64,000 bases of DNA, taken from a virus. Positions 52,785 through 63,701 of the stretch are shown piece by piece. How positions within the stretch are numbered: the stretch's first letter is position 1; each line of letters begins with the position of its first letter. The DNA is taken from positions 23,576 through 87,575 of the IMG/VR virus record IMGVR_UViG_3300005613_000026. One strand, 5' to 3'. The notes under the pieces are model-generated. The model was not told where the DNA came from and ran no database searches. It was given only the letters and a program-made list of their open reading frames with translations. The translations under genes and the position numbers were made by a program.

Positions 52785-55700
52785 TTATACACTTATTATT
52801 ATATTATCATTATTCAAGACCTTAGCATCATTAATTATATTAAAAATACCACTCCCATAATTCCATAAAATATTGCCATAACTATCTAACTTTATTAATC
52901 TTCCTGAACTTTCTGCAAAACTTGACTCAGACACTAAAAAACTTCCATCTGAATACATATCTATATCCGAAGGATATAAACCATCTGGAGAATTATAAAA
53001 AACTTGAACCCTATTGCTTAATCTATCCAGCAAAAATATTTTACCAGCATATCCGCTTAAAGCGTCTATGGCTCCTGCCCTAAATTGTACACTATCTGGT
53101 ATAGGCTCTTCGTACTGAGATAACAAAGTAGCACCATCTGTACCAGTAATAGTGCTAGTAGAAGATGTTAATCCCGCCACCAAGAATCTCCCCTCCTCAA
53201 ATTCATAAATAGTTCCTAAAGAATATTCTGAAAAAGTTATATCAGATGAAGATATCATTCCATCAGTGTCACTAAGATCAGATGGATTAATTTCTATTAT
53301 ATCTGGAACTGTTACCATCTTCTCCTTCGACGAATCTACCGTATTATAAAAGATAGATGAATTAGCAATTATCCAAGTATCATCTTGTGTTTCATTAACA
53401 AAAACAGGATGTTTGATATTATCTATAAAAGTAAAATTGCCAATAAAGCAAGAAACTCCCCGCAAAACACTAAAAATACTATTTCCTTCCGAAGTCATTC
53501 CAGTATTAATAGAAATAGTGTCAGAAAAAGCTCCGCTTTCAAAATTGACACTCAAATCACCTGTTACCCCTGTCAAATTCGCAGAAGTAGACGTGCTTAA
53601 CGATATCTCTACAATTCTTCCTTCTGCCTTTTTATTAGTAAGAACAGTATCACCACTAGTTAAAGAAACTTTAGAAGAACCTATATAAAAAGCTATTTTA
53701 GTAATATCAACGACTTCAGCAACTTTAGTAAATACGATTGACAAAACACCAGTTGTAGAATTGTAACAAGCAGTTAATGGATAGAAATTTGTGTCAATAG
53801 CATAGGAAGATCCAAAACCTTTTACCAAAGTCCCCGAACTATTTACTTCCAAAACTCTATCATTTAACATATCTGCAATAAGATAATTTTTATTATATTT
53901 CCTAACAGCAGAAGAAATAGTATTAAAACCTCTTGAAGAAGTAGCAGACCATTCCCGAGCTTGTTTAGGAGAAATAGGCATATTACTACCACTAAAACCT
54001 AAAACCCCAATCTTGCTATCATTTACTTCAGAAACAGAACTGCCTTTAGCAAAATATCTACCATCAACATTAATGGGAGTAGTCAACACCAATTCATCAT
54101 GGTTTATATCTGTTCCATCTTGAATAGTAAGATTACCTAAAGTTCCTCTACTCCATTCTGTATCTCTATCAATTACAAAACCATTATAATCGGCTTCTGT
54201 TAAAAGTCTCAATTCTAAACTTTCTAAAGTAGGAGTTACAGTTCTCTCTGTATTACTTGTCATAGCAACTTCTATTTCTACAGCCCTACCCTCTAAACTA
54301 AAAACGCTACCAGAAATTAAAGGCAAAGAAGAAGATGACCTAAAAAGCAAATCTGATGAACTAGCCGTTTTAACCCTTACAGACATAGTAGTATCGTCAG
54401 GTGTTTCCCCTGTATAGAATATAGAATGAAATGTAACATTAGCTTCTGTTTGATATCTAAATCGAACAACACCGCTTGGAGCAACAAGATTAGTTCTGCG
54501 AACATAAATATCATCAATATCAAAGACAAAATCATCTGATGTATAAATAGTAATTTGAGTAACATTGTCTAAAGAAAGAGAAGATATATCAAAAGTCTTT
54601 TCTTCAAATGAGCTCATATATTCATCTTCTTCCAAAAGAATCCAAGGACTAGACGGTTTTTGAGCACCTTCTATATTGCCATCTTCTATGCTCCCAAATG
54701 ATGTGCCATCGCTCGTAGTATTTGAACCATTTACAACATACATATAAACAGGATTATGAATTTGTTCATTAGTTTTTACCTTAATCACCAATTCATCATA
54801 TACTCCATCCCAATCTCTTGCTTGAGCCAAATTAGACCTATAAAAATATTTAAGCGTTCCTCCACCTCCAAGCCTACCTAATCTATTACTATCTTCTATA
54901 GCTACTGTAGCGCTCTGGTCGTTGGAGACAATTAAAGTTTCCGTCTCAAAACCAACTTCGTCATTGCTAAAATTAGTTACCAAATCCTCTACAGAGCCTG
55001 TTCTTGTCAAATTTATTTCATCATTTGCGATAGTTACATTGTTCTGACTGTATGCAGTATTAAAAGAGTAAGTATTGTTCCAATAAACTGATGTATATGT
55101 TCCCGTTTTAGCAGGAATACCACTAATACAATTCTGTGTCAAATTGATATTTGCAGTGCTATTATTAAAATCAATAAAACTATTTGGAGACACCCCAGGA
55201 ATCATAACCAATTCATTAACAAAGTAATCATCAACAGATGAATTCACATATTTTAAAAAGACAATAGTTTTTAATAGATTAACACTGGCTATTTCTCCAA
55301 GAAGTTCTCTATTGCTCTGAGATAAAGTTTGCACAAAAGAATCTAAAGCAGCATGAGTCATCATTCCATTATTTTCTAAATCATTATGATCAATAATAGG
55401 AACTCTGCTAACATCAAATTGTCCAGTTGTAACTTTTGAAGCATCTAAATCTGCTATACGAGCCCCCGATAATTGATTTTTAACCTCTTCTTGTAAATCA
55501 ATCTTAGAAGGAGTGCCTCTATGCCTATGTTGATTAATCTCATCTTCTATGAGATCCTGAAAATTGATGAGAGTTCTAACAGTATTATCAATATAATTAA
55601 TACTACTTTCCCCAGTCGAGACTGTAGCTAGTTTTACTACATCATTATTATCACTTAAATCTAATGAAGAATAAAAAAAACTAACTAATCTATTTCGAGC

Positions 55701-56027
55701 ACTACTCCCAGAAATTGTAGCGTAAATAGTAACAATAGAATTAGATGGCAATCCATAAACATACTCTGGCAAACTACTTTCGCTTGCCATATACTGTATG
55801 ATTCCTATTCCGCTATCTACAGAAACAGATATCCCCTCATCATCATCATATCCTCCATCTTTTACTGTCCATCCGCTAATCACTCCATTACCAAAAACAT
55901 TATAAAGACCGTATAACTGTTTATCTATAATTACAAAACGATCTATCTCTTTCTGTATATTGATCTGAGAATCTAGTGTGTCCCCAAAATCAAAAAATGC
56001 CAACGAAAAGTATTGTGTTTGTCCCAT
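52785..56027 (-). CDS. Putative tail fibre-associated protein (1080 aa) with a C-terminal propeller
   Basis: RFVIIDKQL...GNGVISGWTV N-terminus; HRH motif; LDASKVTTGQF fibre-like repeat; YLIAD..NDRVLEV blades. Confidence 0.6.
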   Translation of the reverse strand: MGQTQYFSLAFFDFGDTLDSQINIQKEIDRFVIIDKQLYGLYNVFGNGVISGWTVKDGGYDDDEGISVSVDSGIGIIQYMASESSLPEYVYGLPSNSIVTIYATISGSSARNRLVSFFYSSLDLSDNNDVVKLATVSTGESSINYIDNTVRTLINFQDLIEDEINQHRHRGTPSKIDLQEEVKNQLSGARIADLDASKVTTGQFDVSRVPIIDHNDLENNGMMTHAALDSFVQTLSQSNRELLGEIASVNLLKTIVFLKYVNSSVDDYFVNELVMIPGVSPNSFIDFNNSTANINLTQNCISGIPAKTGTYTSVYWNNTYSFNTAYSQNNVTIANDEINLTRTGSVEDLVTNFSNDEVGFETETLIVSNDQSATVAIEDSNRLGRLGGGGTLKYFYRSNLAQARDWDGVYDELVIKVKTNEQIHNPVYMYVVNGSNTTSDGTSFGSIEDGNIEGAQKPSSPWILLEEDEYMSSFEEKTFDISSLSLDNVTQITIYTSDDFVFDIDDIYVRRTNLVAPSGVVRFRYQTEANVTFHSIFYTGETPDDTTMSVRVKTASSSDLLFRSSSSLPLISGSVFSLEGRAVEIEVAMTSNTERTVTPTLESLELRLLTEADYNGFVIDRDTEWSRGTLGNLTIQDGTDINHDELVLTTPINVDGRYFAKGSSVSEVNDSKIGVLGFSGSNMPISPKQAREWSATSSRGFNTISSAVRKYNKNYLIADMLNDRVLEVNSSGTLVKGFGSSYAIDTNFYPLTACYNSTTGVLSIVFTKVAEVVDITKIAFYIGSSKVSLTSGDTVLTNKKAEGRIVEISLSTSTSANLTGVTGDLSVNFESGAFSDTISINTGMTSEGNSIFSVLRGVSCFIGNFTFIDNIKHPVFVNETQDDTWIIANSSIFYNTVDSSKEKMVTVPDIIEINPSDLSDTDGMISSSDITFSEYSLGTIYEFEEGRFLVAGLTSSTSTITGTDGATLLSQYEEPIPDSVQFRAGAIDALSGYAGKIFLLDRLSNRVQVFYNSPDGLYPSDIDMYSDGSFLVSESSFAESSGRLIKLDSYGNILWNYGSGIFNIINDAKVLNNDNIIISV

Positions 56028-56041
56028 TTTTTTATTCCTTA

Positions 56042-56268
56042 TTATCTAACTCTAAGAGATGAACCAACAATTCCTATTCTCAACACGTCCACACTCATTA
56101 AGCGCATTAATTGCTGAGAACCATATTCAGCATAACCATCTCTCATTTTTTGACCTGACAAATCTTTGGAACTAAGCCATGATCTTGTCATGTTTTCCAT
56201 CTTAATCTTACTTTGCTTTTCCATCCGTGATGATACATTATCAATTCTATTAGAACGTGCTCTTCTCA
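56042..56268 (-). CDS. Small basic hypothetical protein
   Basis: GGAG SD before MRRARS (track starts at 56296); fills the gap between two large genes. Confidence 0.6.
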
Positions 56269-56282
56269 TTTTTGTATCTCCA

Positions 56283-59200
56283 TTAATAATTAGCATCCAC
56301 AGGGCTAAACCTGAGACACTCTACACTCATCCACCATCTTTGTTGAGATGGATCTAATTCATGATTTACTTTCATAACCCTAGCAATTTCTCCATTTATA
56401 GAAATCATATCATTTGCCCTTAAAGGTAAACCATATGTCTCAAATGTATATTGCATAGCAGGTCTAAACATAACACTATATTTATTAACAGCATCATCTA
56501 CCGCCTCTTTAGAACCAAACATGCCCTCCTGCTGGTAAAAAGTTTTCATATAACCTATAAAACCTTCTGAAGTAGGATCATCAATCGACTGCCAATTAAG
56601 CGCATCCCTTACTAGAACCTCCATATTAGGAGTACTACTAAGAAACTTTATGTGATTATATGTGCTTTCTACTTCATATTTTCTTTCAAATTTATTAAAT
56701 ACAAGTTGACCTGGAAAAATCTCAGGATTAGTAGTAAATTTATATAAGGCAGCTAAATTCAATTGACCTAAATAATCTAATTGTATCAAATCTTGAAAAT
56801 CTTCATAATGAGCTATGCCCAACTGATCGAAAAAGAAAGTTTTACTAGAACGCAAAGTAAATTTCCTTATAGCATCTAAATAATTCTCACCATCTTTAAA
56901 TTTAAACTCGGGCTGCTCTAATCTTTGATAGCCACTTGGTAAGGTATAAGGTTCCATTTTAAATAATCTACCATCTACATGACGGAAAAAAACCTGAGAG
57001 CCATTAGTATCTGAATAATTTGAAAGATTCCTTATTAAAGAATTAGGGTCAAAAGGACCATTGCCTCTAAAACCAGCTAAATTCATAACCTCATTCACGG
57101 CATTAATATCTCTCATCCCATCAAAAAAAGGAGAATTAAAGAAAAATTGTTCTTTTAATACCGCGGTATAATCCTCTACTTTGCAGGTCATAATATTTAT
57201 ATTACCATATTGATACTCTACGCTACCCCCCTTACAAAGCCCCGTAAATAATTTATAAAAACCCACAGTTTTAGAATAGCTGCAAGGGCGATATCCAGCC
57301 CATATATCTATATAAAAAGTTTTATTTTGCAAACTATATAAAGCATCTGTATAATTAACTGGAATAGCCATCTTTGTATTAAGCAAAAAGTTTATAGTTC
57401 CCGTATGATCTATAGATGAAAAATCTTCCATACTGGCAGACCAAGACTCGCTATAATTTAAAACATGATCTGTAACATCTAACAAATAGGGACTACTATT
57501 ATCAAATGGAGTTAAAGCCATACCACTACGCATAGTCGTTCCATCGTCCCATCTCGGGTCATCACTCTCGTCTGCTATCAATCTCATTCCTGTTATAATA
57601 GGAGTTTTACAATCAGGTAGATACCATATGCCAGGTTCTGTAACTAAATTACTGTTATCAATACCCCATCCTGGAAAGACCTTAGCCCCTTCATAATGAC
57701 CAACTCCAAATATATGATCTCCACACTGCATATAAATAACTGTATCAAAGAGCTGATGATGAGACCTAATATCATTATAATATCTATATTTGAATACCTT
57801 AAAACCAGAAACATTGGCTATCGTTGTACTTTTTCCAAAATAAGAAAGAGAGATTTCTTTAATAGTATCTCCGTGAAAATATGATCCGAATTCAACAGAA
57901 GGGCGTTTTCTTCTTCCTTCGTTATAATTTTCATAGAATTGAGCATCCTGAGTAAACATTAATTGATTATTTATAAAATTACCAGTTCTAGATACATCTT
58001 TATAAAGGGTATCTACGTTTACATTTGATGCATTAAATAATATATGATGATTAGAACCATAGGGTAAACTAAACGGGTTAGTCATTTCTTCTAATAAATT
58101 ATCATTAACGCCTGTTTCGTTCCCGTCACCATCAACAATAGGAGGTCCTGTTATCTCTGTAGCACTACCATTAAAATTTATACCTATCTCTTCTGCATTC
58201 CCGACCTGTCTTGGAGGATAAACAAAACCCATACTCCCTTCAACATATTGCAGAGGACCAAAGACAAAACCGCATTTAAGGTTACCTCCCCATATAGTGA
58301 TATGTCCTCTAGGGACATATAAATGACGAGACTTAGTATCGAATTGATACTTACCAGTACTCTCATTGAGCGAGATATTATCCCAGTCCCTTCTAGAAAT
58401 TTTCCAAGGAGAAGATTTACCGCTTGGAGTAGCAAACTCTACAATTATTTCCTGAAGATGATTTCTCACCGTCATAGTAAAATAATCGGCTTTAATAAGC
58501 TGTTCTCCACTAGCTACATTACATTCTCCTAATATCCTGGAAACAAATTTTCCTGGTTGATCCGATGGCATGAGATGAACAAATAAAGGATTTGCTCTTT
58601 CAGGTATTATAATAAAATAATTATCATCTAAAGTATTAGCTCCTAATTCTACAATATAATAAGCTTGAGAACTAAAATCATATTTTTTATTAAACTCTGG
58701 ATCTTTAGAAAACCTCTTGAAAGCCAAATTAACTGGAATTTCAAAATCCCCTGGGTTAGTTACAGAACCCGAAAGTACGTCTGCCCCCAAAGTGGTAAAA
58801 TCCTCGCAATTAATATCTAAACTTTTGTATCTTGGAAATTTATTAGAAAAAGGTATGCCTTCTGGTGAAACCTTATTAATTGTAGATGCTTTTGCGGTTT
58901 TGTAGAATCTTATAAAAAAGTCTTCTCCTCTATATAAGGGAGTCCTTTTTTCCAATCTCCAATGAACCCCCTGTCCAAATCTATCTACAATATTTAATTG
59001 CTCTGGCATCTGGACTTTATTATGTAAAAATTTTGGTTTTACACCTTTCTTTAAAACAATCTGCCCATTTTTGTCTCTTTCAATGCTATTAAACCACTGA
59101 CTATAAAATTCTGGAGGATAATCAAATTTAACATCTCTAATACCCATCTCTGTATCAGTTATCTTTATATCCCTGTATCTCCAATCTGACTTAATACATT

Positions 59201-59690
59201 CATTAGATCCTTCTTCCGCTGTTGTGCCAGGGTCAAAAACACTTTCTTCTACATTCCACGCTTGCTCAAAATCATATAAACTTTGATCTGCCCCAAGGAC
59301 AGAACCAGTTCCATCTATCTCTTCAAAATTACCATCTGTATCTCTTTGATAAAGATAATTATTACGGAATACATATCTAGGTCTAAAATGAACACCCTCT
59401 GTTCCAGGAGTTGTTGTTAAAGTATTCTGGAAAGATTGAGGAAAAAATGGAATCAATCTTTCAAGTGTTCTTTCATTAAAGACAAGAGCCGCTTCAGTTG
59501 GGGATACATGAGAAAAAGGACAGCCATTGTTTATAAAACAACGCAACTCAATTATACCTGCATTTATAGCAGGTTGGTTATTCGAACAAGGAACATCTAA
59601 CAAATAGCCTCCCCAATTAGACACTATTTCTTGGACATTCAACCTATATAGATCTGGAGTATCAACCATATTATGAATTCCCCAATACAT
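56283..59690 (-). CDS. Putative tail/baseplate hub-like protein (1135 aa)
   Basis: The C-terminal ~400 aa follow the layout of phage hub (gp27/GpD-like) proteins: LDVTD...GTINF...IDIWAGY...LFTG...VED...FFFDQLG...PLRANDMI...VMKVNH. Confidence 0.5.
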   Translation of the reverse strand: MYWGIHNMVDTPDLYRLNVQEIVSNWGGYLLDVPCSNNQPAINAGIIELRCFINNGCPFSHVSPTEAALVFNERTLERLIPFFPQSFQNTLTTTPGTEGVHFRPRYVFRNNYLYQRDTDGNFEEIDGTGSVLGADQSLYDFEQAWNVEESVFDPGTTAEEGSNECIKSDWRYRDIKITDTEMGIRDVKFDYPPEFYSQWFNSIERDKNGQIVLKKGVKPKFLHNKVQMPEQLNIVDRFGQGVHWRLEKRTPLYRGEDFFIRFYKTAKASTINKVSPEGIPFSNKFPRYKSLDINCEDFTTLGADVLSGSVTNPGDFEIPVNLAFKRFSKDPEFNKKYDFSSQAYYIVELGANTLDDNYFIIIPERANPLFVHLMPSDQPGKFVSRILGECNVASGEQLIKADYFTMTVRNHLQEIIVEFATPSGKSSPWKISRRDWDNISLNESTGKYQFDTKSRHLYVPRGHITIWGGNLKCGFVFGPLQYVEGSMGFVYPPRQVGNAEEIGINFNGSATEITGPPIVDGDGNETGVNDNLLEEMTNPFSLPYGSNHHILFNASNVNVDTLYKDVSRTGNFINNQLMFTQDAQFYENYNEGRRKRPSVEFGSYFHGDTIKEISLSYFGKSTTIANVSGFKVFKYRYYNDIRSHHQLFDTVIYMQCGDHIFGVGHYEGAKVFPGWGIDNSNLVTEPGIWYLPDCKTPIITGMRLIADESDDPRWDDGTTMRSGMALTPFDNSSPYLLDVTDHVLNYSESWSASMEDFSSIDHTGTINFLLNTKMAIPVNYTDALYSLQNKTFYIDIWAGYRPCSYSKTVGFYKLFTGLCKGGSVEYQYGNINIMTCKVEDYTAVLKEQFFFNSPFFDGMRDINAVNEVMNLAGFRGNGPFDPNSLIRNLSNYSDTNGSQVFFRHVDGRLFKMEPYTLPSGYQRLEQPEFKFKDGENYLDAIRKFTLRSSKTFFFDQLGIAHYEDFQDLIQLDYLGQLNLAALYKFTTNPEIFPGQLVFNKFERKYEVESTYNHIKFLSSTPNMEVLVRDALNWQSIDDPTSEGFIGYMKTFYQQEGMFGSKEAVDDAVNKYSVMFRPAMQYTFETYGLPLRANDMISINGEIARVMKVNHELDPSQQRWWMSVECLRFSPVDANY

Positions 59691-62600
59691 ACCAAAACTC
59701 AGGAGTTGTTCTATTATTATTCACTGTAAGAGCCTCCATCTGACCTATTATATCTTTATATAAAACCCTCATTATACCTTCGCTATTAATATAAGCATAT
59801 ACTTGTGTATCTTGATCCACTTCGTAAGCACTATCAAATCTCTCTATTTGTTCTTTTGTATAATAAAATTGAACATATAATTCTGAATTATCTGAATTAA
59901 CTCCATTATCTATTTCCTCTATCTTTTTAGACCTTATATCCTCTGGGATATTGCCTATTAAGAAAATAGGTTTATTATTACTATCAGGAGATAACTCTAG
60001 CTCTTCCCTAATTTGTTGATCTGATGTAGTTGCGTCAGAATAATATTCAGGAGACAATAGAACAGAATTGAGACGCCTCATTAACAACATCCCATCATGG
60101 AAGTATAAAATAACTAAATAATCAGGGTCATAATCATTTCGAACTACTTGTATATTCTGAACTTCTATTATTTTTCCTTTATTCAAATCTTCATCAACCC
60201 AATCTTTGTGTATTTGCACATCCTGAGCAATATATTTCCATCTTCTTAGATTAGTGCTTTCTTTAATCGATAATCTATTCTCTATTGTTATAAATACTTT
60301 TAAAATCCCACTTCCTTGCATATAAACAGCATAAGGAGTCCCTGTAAACTTGTCTTGCATATCTTCATCGTCATTAAAAGATAAAAATCTTGGATATTGT
60401 CTCTTGTTAGGATCTAAAATACTCTGATTAGAAACATCTAAATCCTGAGATATTTCTACCTGTTCTTTATAATACTCATCATTGCTATCCCCCGCAATAA
60501 AATAACTAGGAGAACGTCGAATAAAATGTCCTCCAAAAGTATAATCCCCCCAATACTCCTTCTCTGGGTCACCTGTAGTCTGATCGTAATCTCCATCTTC
60601 ATAAGTATCAGGAACAACAGGATCTACTTCCGCATCAGAACTGTCGAAATTAGAAGTATCAATCTTTTTATACATTAAAAAAGAATCATTAAGCACATAG
60701 AATAAATAAACATCACTTCCATTCCTATCCTTAATAACGAATGGCATAGAAGCTGTTTCTCCCTCAATCAATCTAATTATACTTTTATGAACAGTCCATT
60801 TCTCTCCTCCATCATAACTGATAGCAGCATCTATATTGCTGGTTTCTTCATTAGTATAAAAAATTATATTTTTACCAAACCCATCGTAGATAACAGAGCT
60901 TTGCCCCGAATCTATCTTATAATCTGCAATATCAAACCTTCTATTAGTATCAGGATTATTAGGACTAGTAAATACTATTTTCATAGACTCTATCTGTATT
61001 TTTTTCCATAACCCACCATAAAAATTAATAGGACCTCCATGATAATAAGCCATATCAACTTCTATAAGATAAGTATTATAAGTATATGGGATAGAAATAC
61101 CACCCGTTTCTACATTCTCTATTTTAGCACCCCATTCTTTAGGAGTTACACGTACATTATCTACCGTAGAACCTGTACCTTCAAAATAAAAATCTAAATA
61201 ATAATCATCTGGAACGATACCATCTGATGTCTTACTATATACTATCGATATCTTCTTAATATACCAGTCGGTTGGTATTTCGCTGATTTTTGGAGGATTA
61301 TCATTTAAATCTAATCCCAAACTGGACAAATCTGTAGATTCAAACCAAAAATCTTGAGCATCATCAGAAACTGAACAAATTCTATTCATCTCATCCGTTA
61401 AAGGAATACCATGACTGTAACTAGGAACATCTCCTAATAATCTATTATATCCTATTATATTATATTCATTAGAAGAAAAATCTATTTTTTCATTAGTCCT
61501 AGTATCATCTATTTCTACAGAAGAAAGCATTGGGAAATAACTACTATTATGAAACCAGTGATAACTCAAACTATTATGGACTTCATCATCTCTGAATACA
61601 ACTATAGAGCTATCTGAATAATTATCCATATCTAATGATATATTATGAGGTATGAACGGAACAGTATCAACATAAATCCAACTAAAATTATCTATAGAAT
61701 TACCTCCCATCCTTTCTATATACACTCTAGTTTGTCTGGAAAATTCACCACAAAAATAAGGAGTTTCCTGTTTCCAATAACTCTCTAAAGTTCCCCCATC
61801 TGGCCTCCACTCAAATATCTCATTAGTAACATAACCTGTACTATAAAAAGCCCCTGGACCGTCATTCATAGCATCATAATTTTGAGACCAATAATGATAA
61901 GGATAAATAACTGTTTCATCATCACAAGATCCACTTTTTGTAGGCTGAGCCCGAGTTAAACTAAACTCTACAAAAGATAAATCAAACTTCTCTAACTCCG
62001 TATTAGGCACATCTACAACACCTATCAAATCAAGCTGAATAATGCCAACGCCGCTTGTAGAGTCAGAAGAATCATATGGATTTATTTCTCTAAGAGCATC
62101 TGCGAAAGGACGATAATATGGAATCTTTTCCCTATCAAATAAAAATGAATTAGCCACCTCACTCACATCATATAAATGACCAGATTCGTCGTATTGATCT
62201 ATCTGTTGCTCTATATTTTTAGCTAAATCTGATTCTAAATAAACTTCTTCACCATCTTCCCCCGTAGCAGAAGCATAAGTAAATGGCAAACTTTCCAAAT
62301 AATTGGTAAACCATTCCTGATCCCTAATTAATTCTCTTGCTAGTACAACTTCAACAGAATTATTATCAAAAAGAAGTATTCCCCTATGATCAGCAGCCCA
62401 AAATTTTGTCATCCTGTCTGAAATAGCTTCACTTAGTCTCCATCCCTCTATATTTTCTGCTACAGTGGAAAAATCTTCTTCTTCCTGTTCTTTTTCTAAA
62501 ACATCTAAATAATTTACATAAGATATTTTATATTGCTCTGGAGAAGTATATATATCTTCTAAGTTGTCAACAGTGTGATTTTCTACACCAGAAGGCAAGG

Positions 62601-63684
62601 ATGGAACTTTCCAAGTAAACAACTTAAAAGCAAAAGTATTAGCCCTACTATCAACAGCTCCTACAAAACCCACAACCCCAATGGTATTTCCTTGACCAAT
62701 CTTACCAATATGGGTAAGAGTCTGTCTTAGATGCCTCCTAGAAGCCACAGAATAGGTTAAATAAATCTTATCTCCTACAGATAGTATTTTCTCCCCTGCA
62801 TCATTTATTGTTTTAATCCTTATCTGAGAGTCCGTAGCATCTAATTTAATTGCCCCCTCTACTTTAAAAGGGCTAGAAGGGCTTCCACTTGCATATTCAT
62901 TATCGCCCCTAAACATCGTCCTTCTAGGATCTCTTATAACCTTAACAAATAACTGCTCCTGATCTTCCTCTGCCACTTCTTCGAACTTGATTTCAGGAGT
63001 ACCAATTTGCCCAAATAAACCGTCGCTATTAGTAGCTCCTTTAATTCTCTTTCTAGCATTACCTTCAAAAGATCCTTCTCTATATTTACCCAAAGATTCT
63101 AATTGTTCAGATGTAAAATTAAGACCATACTTCTCAACAGTAGTAACCTCGTCCTCAGTAACTTCTTCAATATGTTCTTTAACTATTCCGAACACTGAAA
63201 TAGGATAACCATCCTCTATCTCTACAGTTTGCTTTTCTATCATTTCCTCAGTTACTATCATAGATTGATTGATGACAGTTTTTGCATCAAGAAGATGAAA
63301 TGTAATTTCAGTCTCTCCAGACGTAATGCCACCTAATCCCCATGGTACAAACGCGGGAGTCAATGTGTTAACGATAGGACTAAAACCTAAACTTCCAGGA
63401 GTTAAAAGATGAGAAACCTTATTTCTCATTACCTTGCTAAAATCAATTTCTATTTTTATCTTTGAAGCAGGTAAAAGTTTCTTATATTCTAATACTTGTG
63501 TAATTTGCCCATCATCATCGTAAGATATATTATAATGGGTTCCTTTAGGAGGATTATTTGCCCTATTGATATTAAAGGTATCGGGAGGAATATATTCTTT
63601 CGTAATAATTAAAGGAATGTATCCATCTCGAATCAAATCTCTGTTATTGTAACACAGATATGTTCTTCTTTGGTCGAATGCCAT
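59671..63684 (-). CDS. Putative virion protein (1337 aa) with Asp-box/propeller segments
   Basis: ISYDGGEKW and ESTNLRRW motifs; acidic; GAGGGAG SD. Confidence 0.55.
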   Translation of the reverse strand: MAFDQRRTYLCYNNRDLIRDGYIPLIITKEYIPPDTFNINRANNPPKGTHYNISYDDDGQITQVLEYKKLLPASKIKIEIDFSKVMRNKVSHLLTPGSLGFSPIVNTLTPAFVPWGLGGITSGETEITFHLLDAKTVINQSMIVTEEMIEKQTVEIEDGYPISVFGIVKEHIEEVTEDEVTTVEKYGLNFTSEQLESLGKYREGSFEGNARKRIKGATNSDGLFGQIGTPEIKFEEVAEEDQEQLFVKVIRDPRRTMFRGDNEYASGSPSSPFKVEGAIKLDATDSQIRIKTINDAGEKILSVGDKIYLTYSVASRRHLRQTLTHIGKIGQGNTIGVVGFVGAVDSRANTFAFKLFTWKVPSLPSGVENHTVDNLEDIYTSPEQYKISYVNYLDVLEKEQEEEDFSTVAENIEGWRLSEAISDRMTKFWAADHRGILLFDNNSVEVVLARELIRDQEWFTNYLESLPFTYASATGEDGEEVYLESDLAKNIEQQIDQYDESGHLYDVSEVANSFLFDREKIPYYRPFADALREINPYDSSDSTSGVGIIQLDLIGVVDVPNTELEKFDLSFVEFSLTRAQPTKSGSCDDETVIYPYHYWSQNYDAMNDGPGAFYSTGYVTNEIFEWRPDGGTLESYWKQETPYFCGEFSRQTRVYIERMGGNSIDNFSWIYVDTVPFIPHNISLDMDNYSDSSIVVFRDDEVHNSLSYHWFHNSSYFPMLSSVEIDDTRTNEKIDFSSNEYNIIGYNRLLGDVPSYSHGIPLTDEMNRICSVSDDAQDFWFESTDLSSLGLDLNDNPPKISEIPTDWYIKKISIVYSKTSDGIVPDDYYLDFYFEGTGSTVDNVRVTPKEWGAKIENVETGGISIPYTYNTYLIEVDMAYYHGGPINFYGGLWKKIQIESMKIVFTSPNNPDTNRRFDIADYKIDSGQSSVIYDGFGKNIIFYTNEETSNIDAAISYDGGEKWTVHKSIIRLIEGETASMPFVIKDRNGSDVYLFYVLNDSFLMYKKIDTSNFDSSDAEVDPVVPDTYEDGDYDQTTGDPEKEYWGDYTFGGHFIRRSPSYFIAGDSNDEYYKEQVEISQDLDVSNQSILDPNKRQYPRFLSFNDDEDMQDKFTGTPYAVYMQGSGILKVFITIENRLSIKESTNLRRWKYIAQDVQIHKDWVDEDLNKGKIIEVQNIQVVRNDYDPDYLVILYFHDGMLLMRRLNSVLLSPEYYSDATTSDQQIREELELSPDSNNKPIFLIGNIPEDIRSKKIEEIDNGVNSDNSELYVQFYYTKEQIERFDSAYEVDQDTQVYAYINSEGIMRVLYKDIIGQMEALTVNNNRTTPEFWYVLGNS

Positions 63685-63701
63685 AACTCCCTCTACTTAG
63701 A

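Noticed and set aside
13786-63684. Cellular S-layer/adhesin island or type VI/eCIS locus
   Set aside because: No signal peptides, sortase/T9SS tails, transporters or secretion-system core genes were seen. Inteins, homing endonucleases and an orphan IF3 fit a large phage better, although no capsid or terminase gene is in the window.
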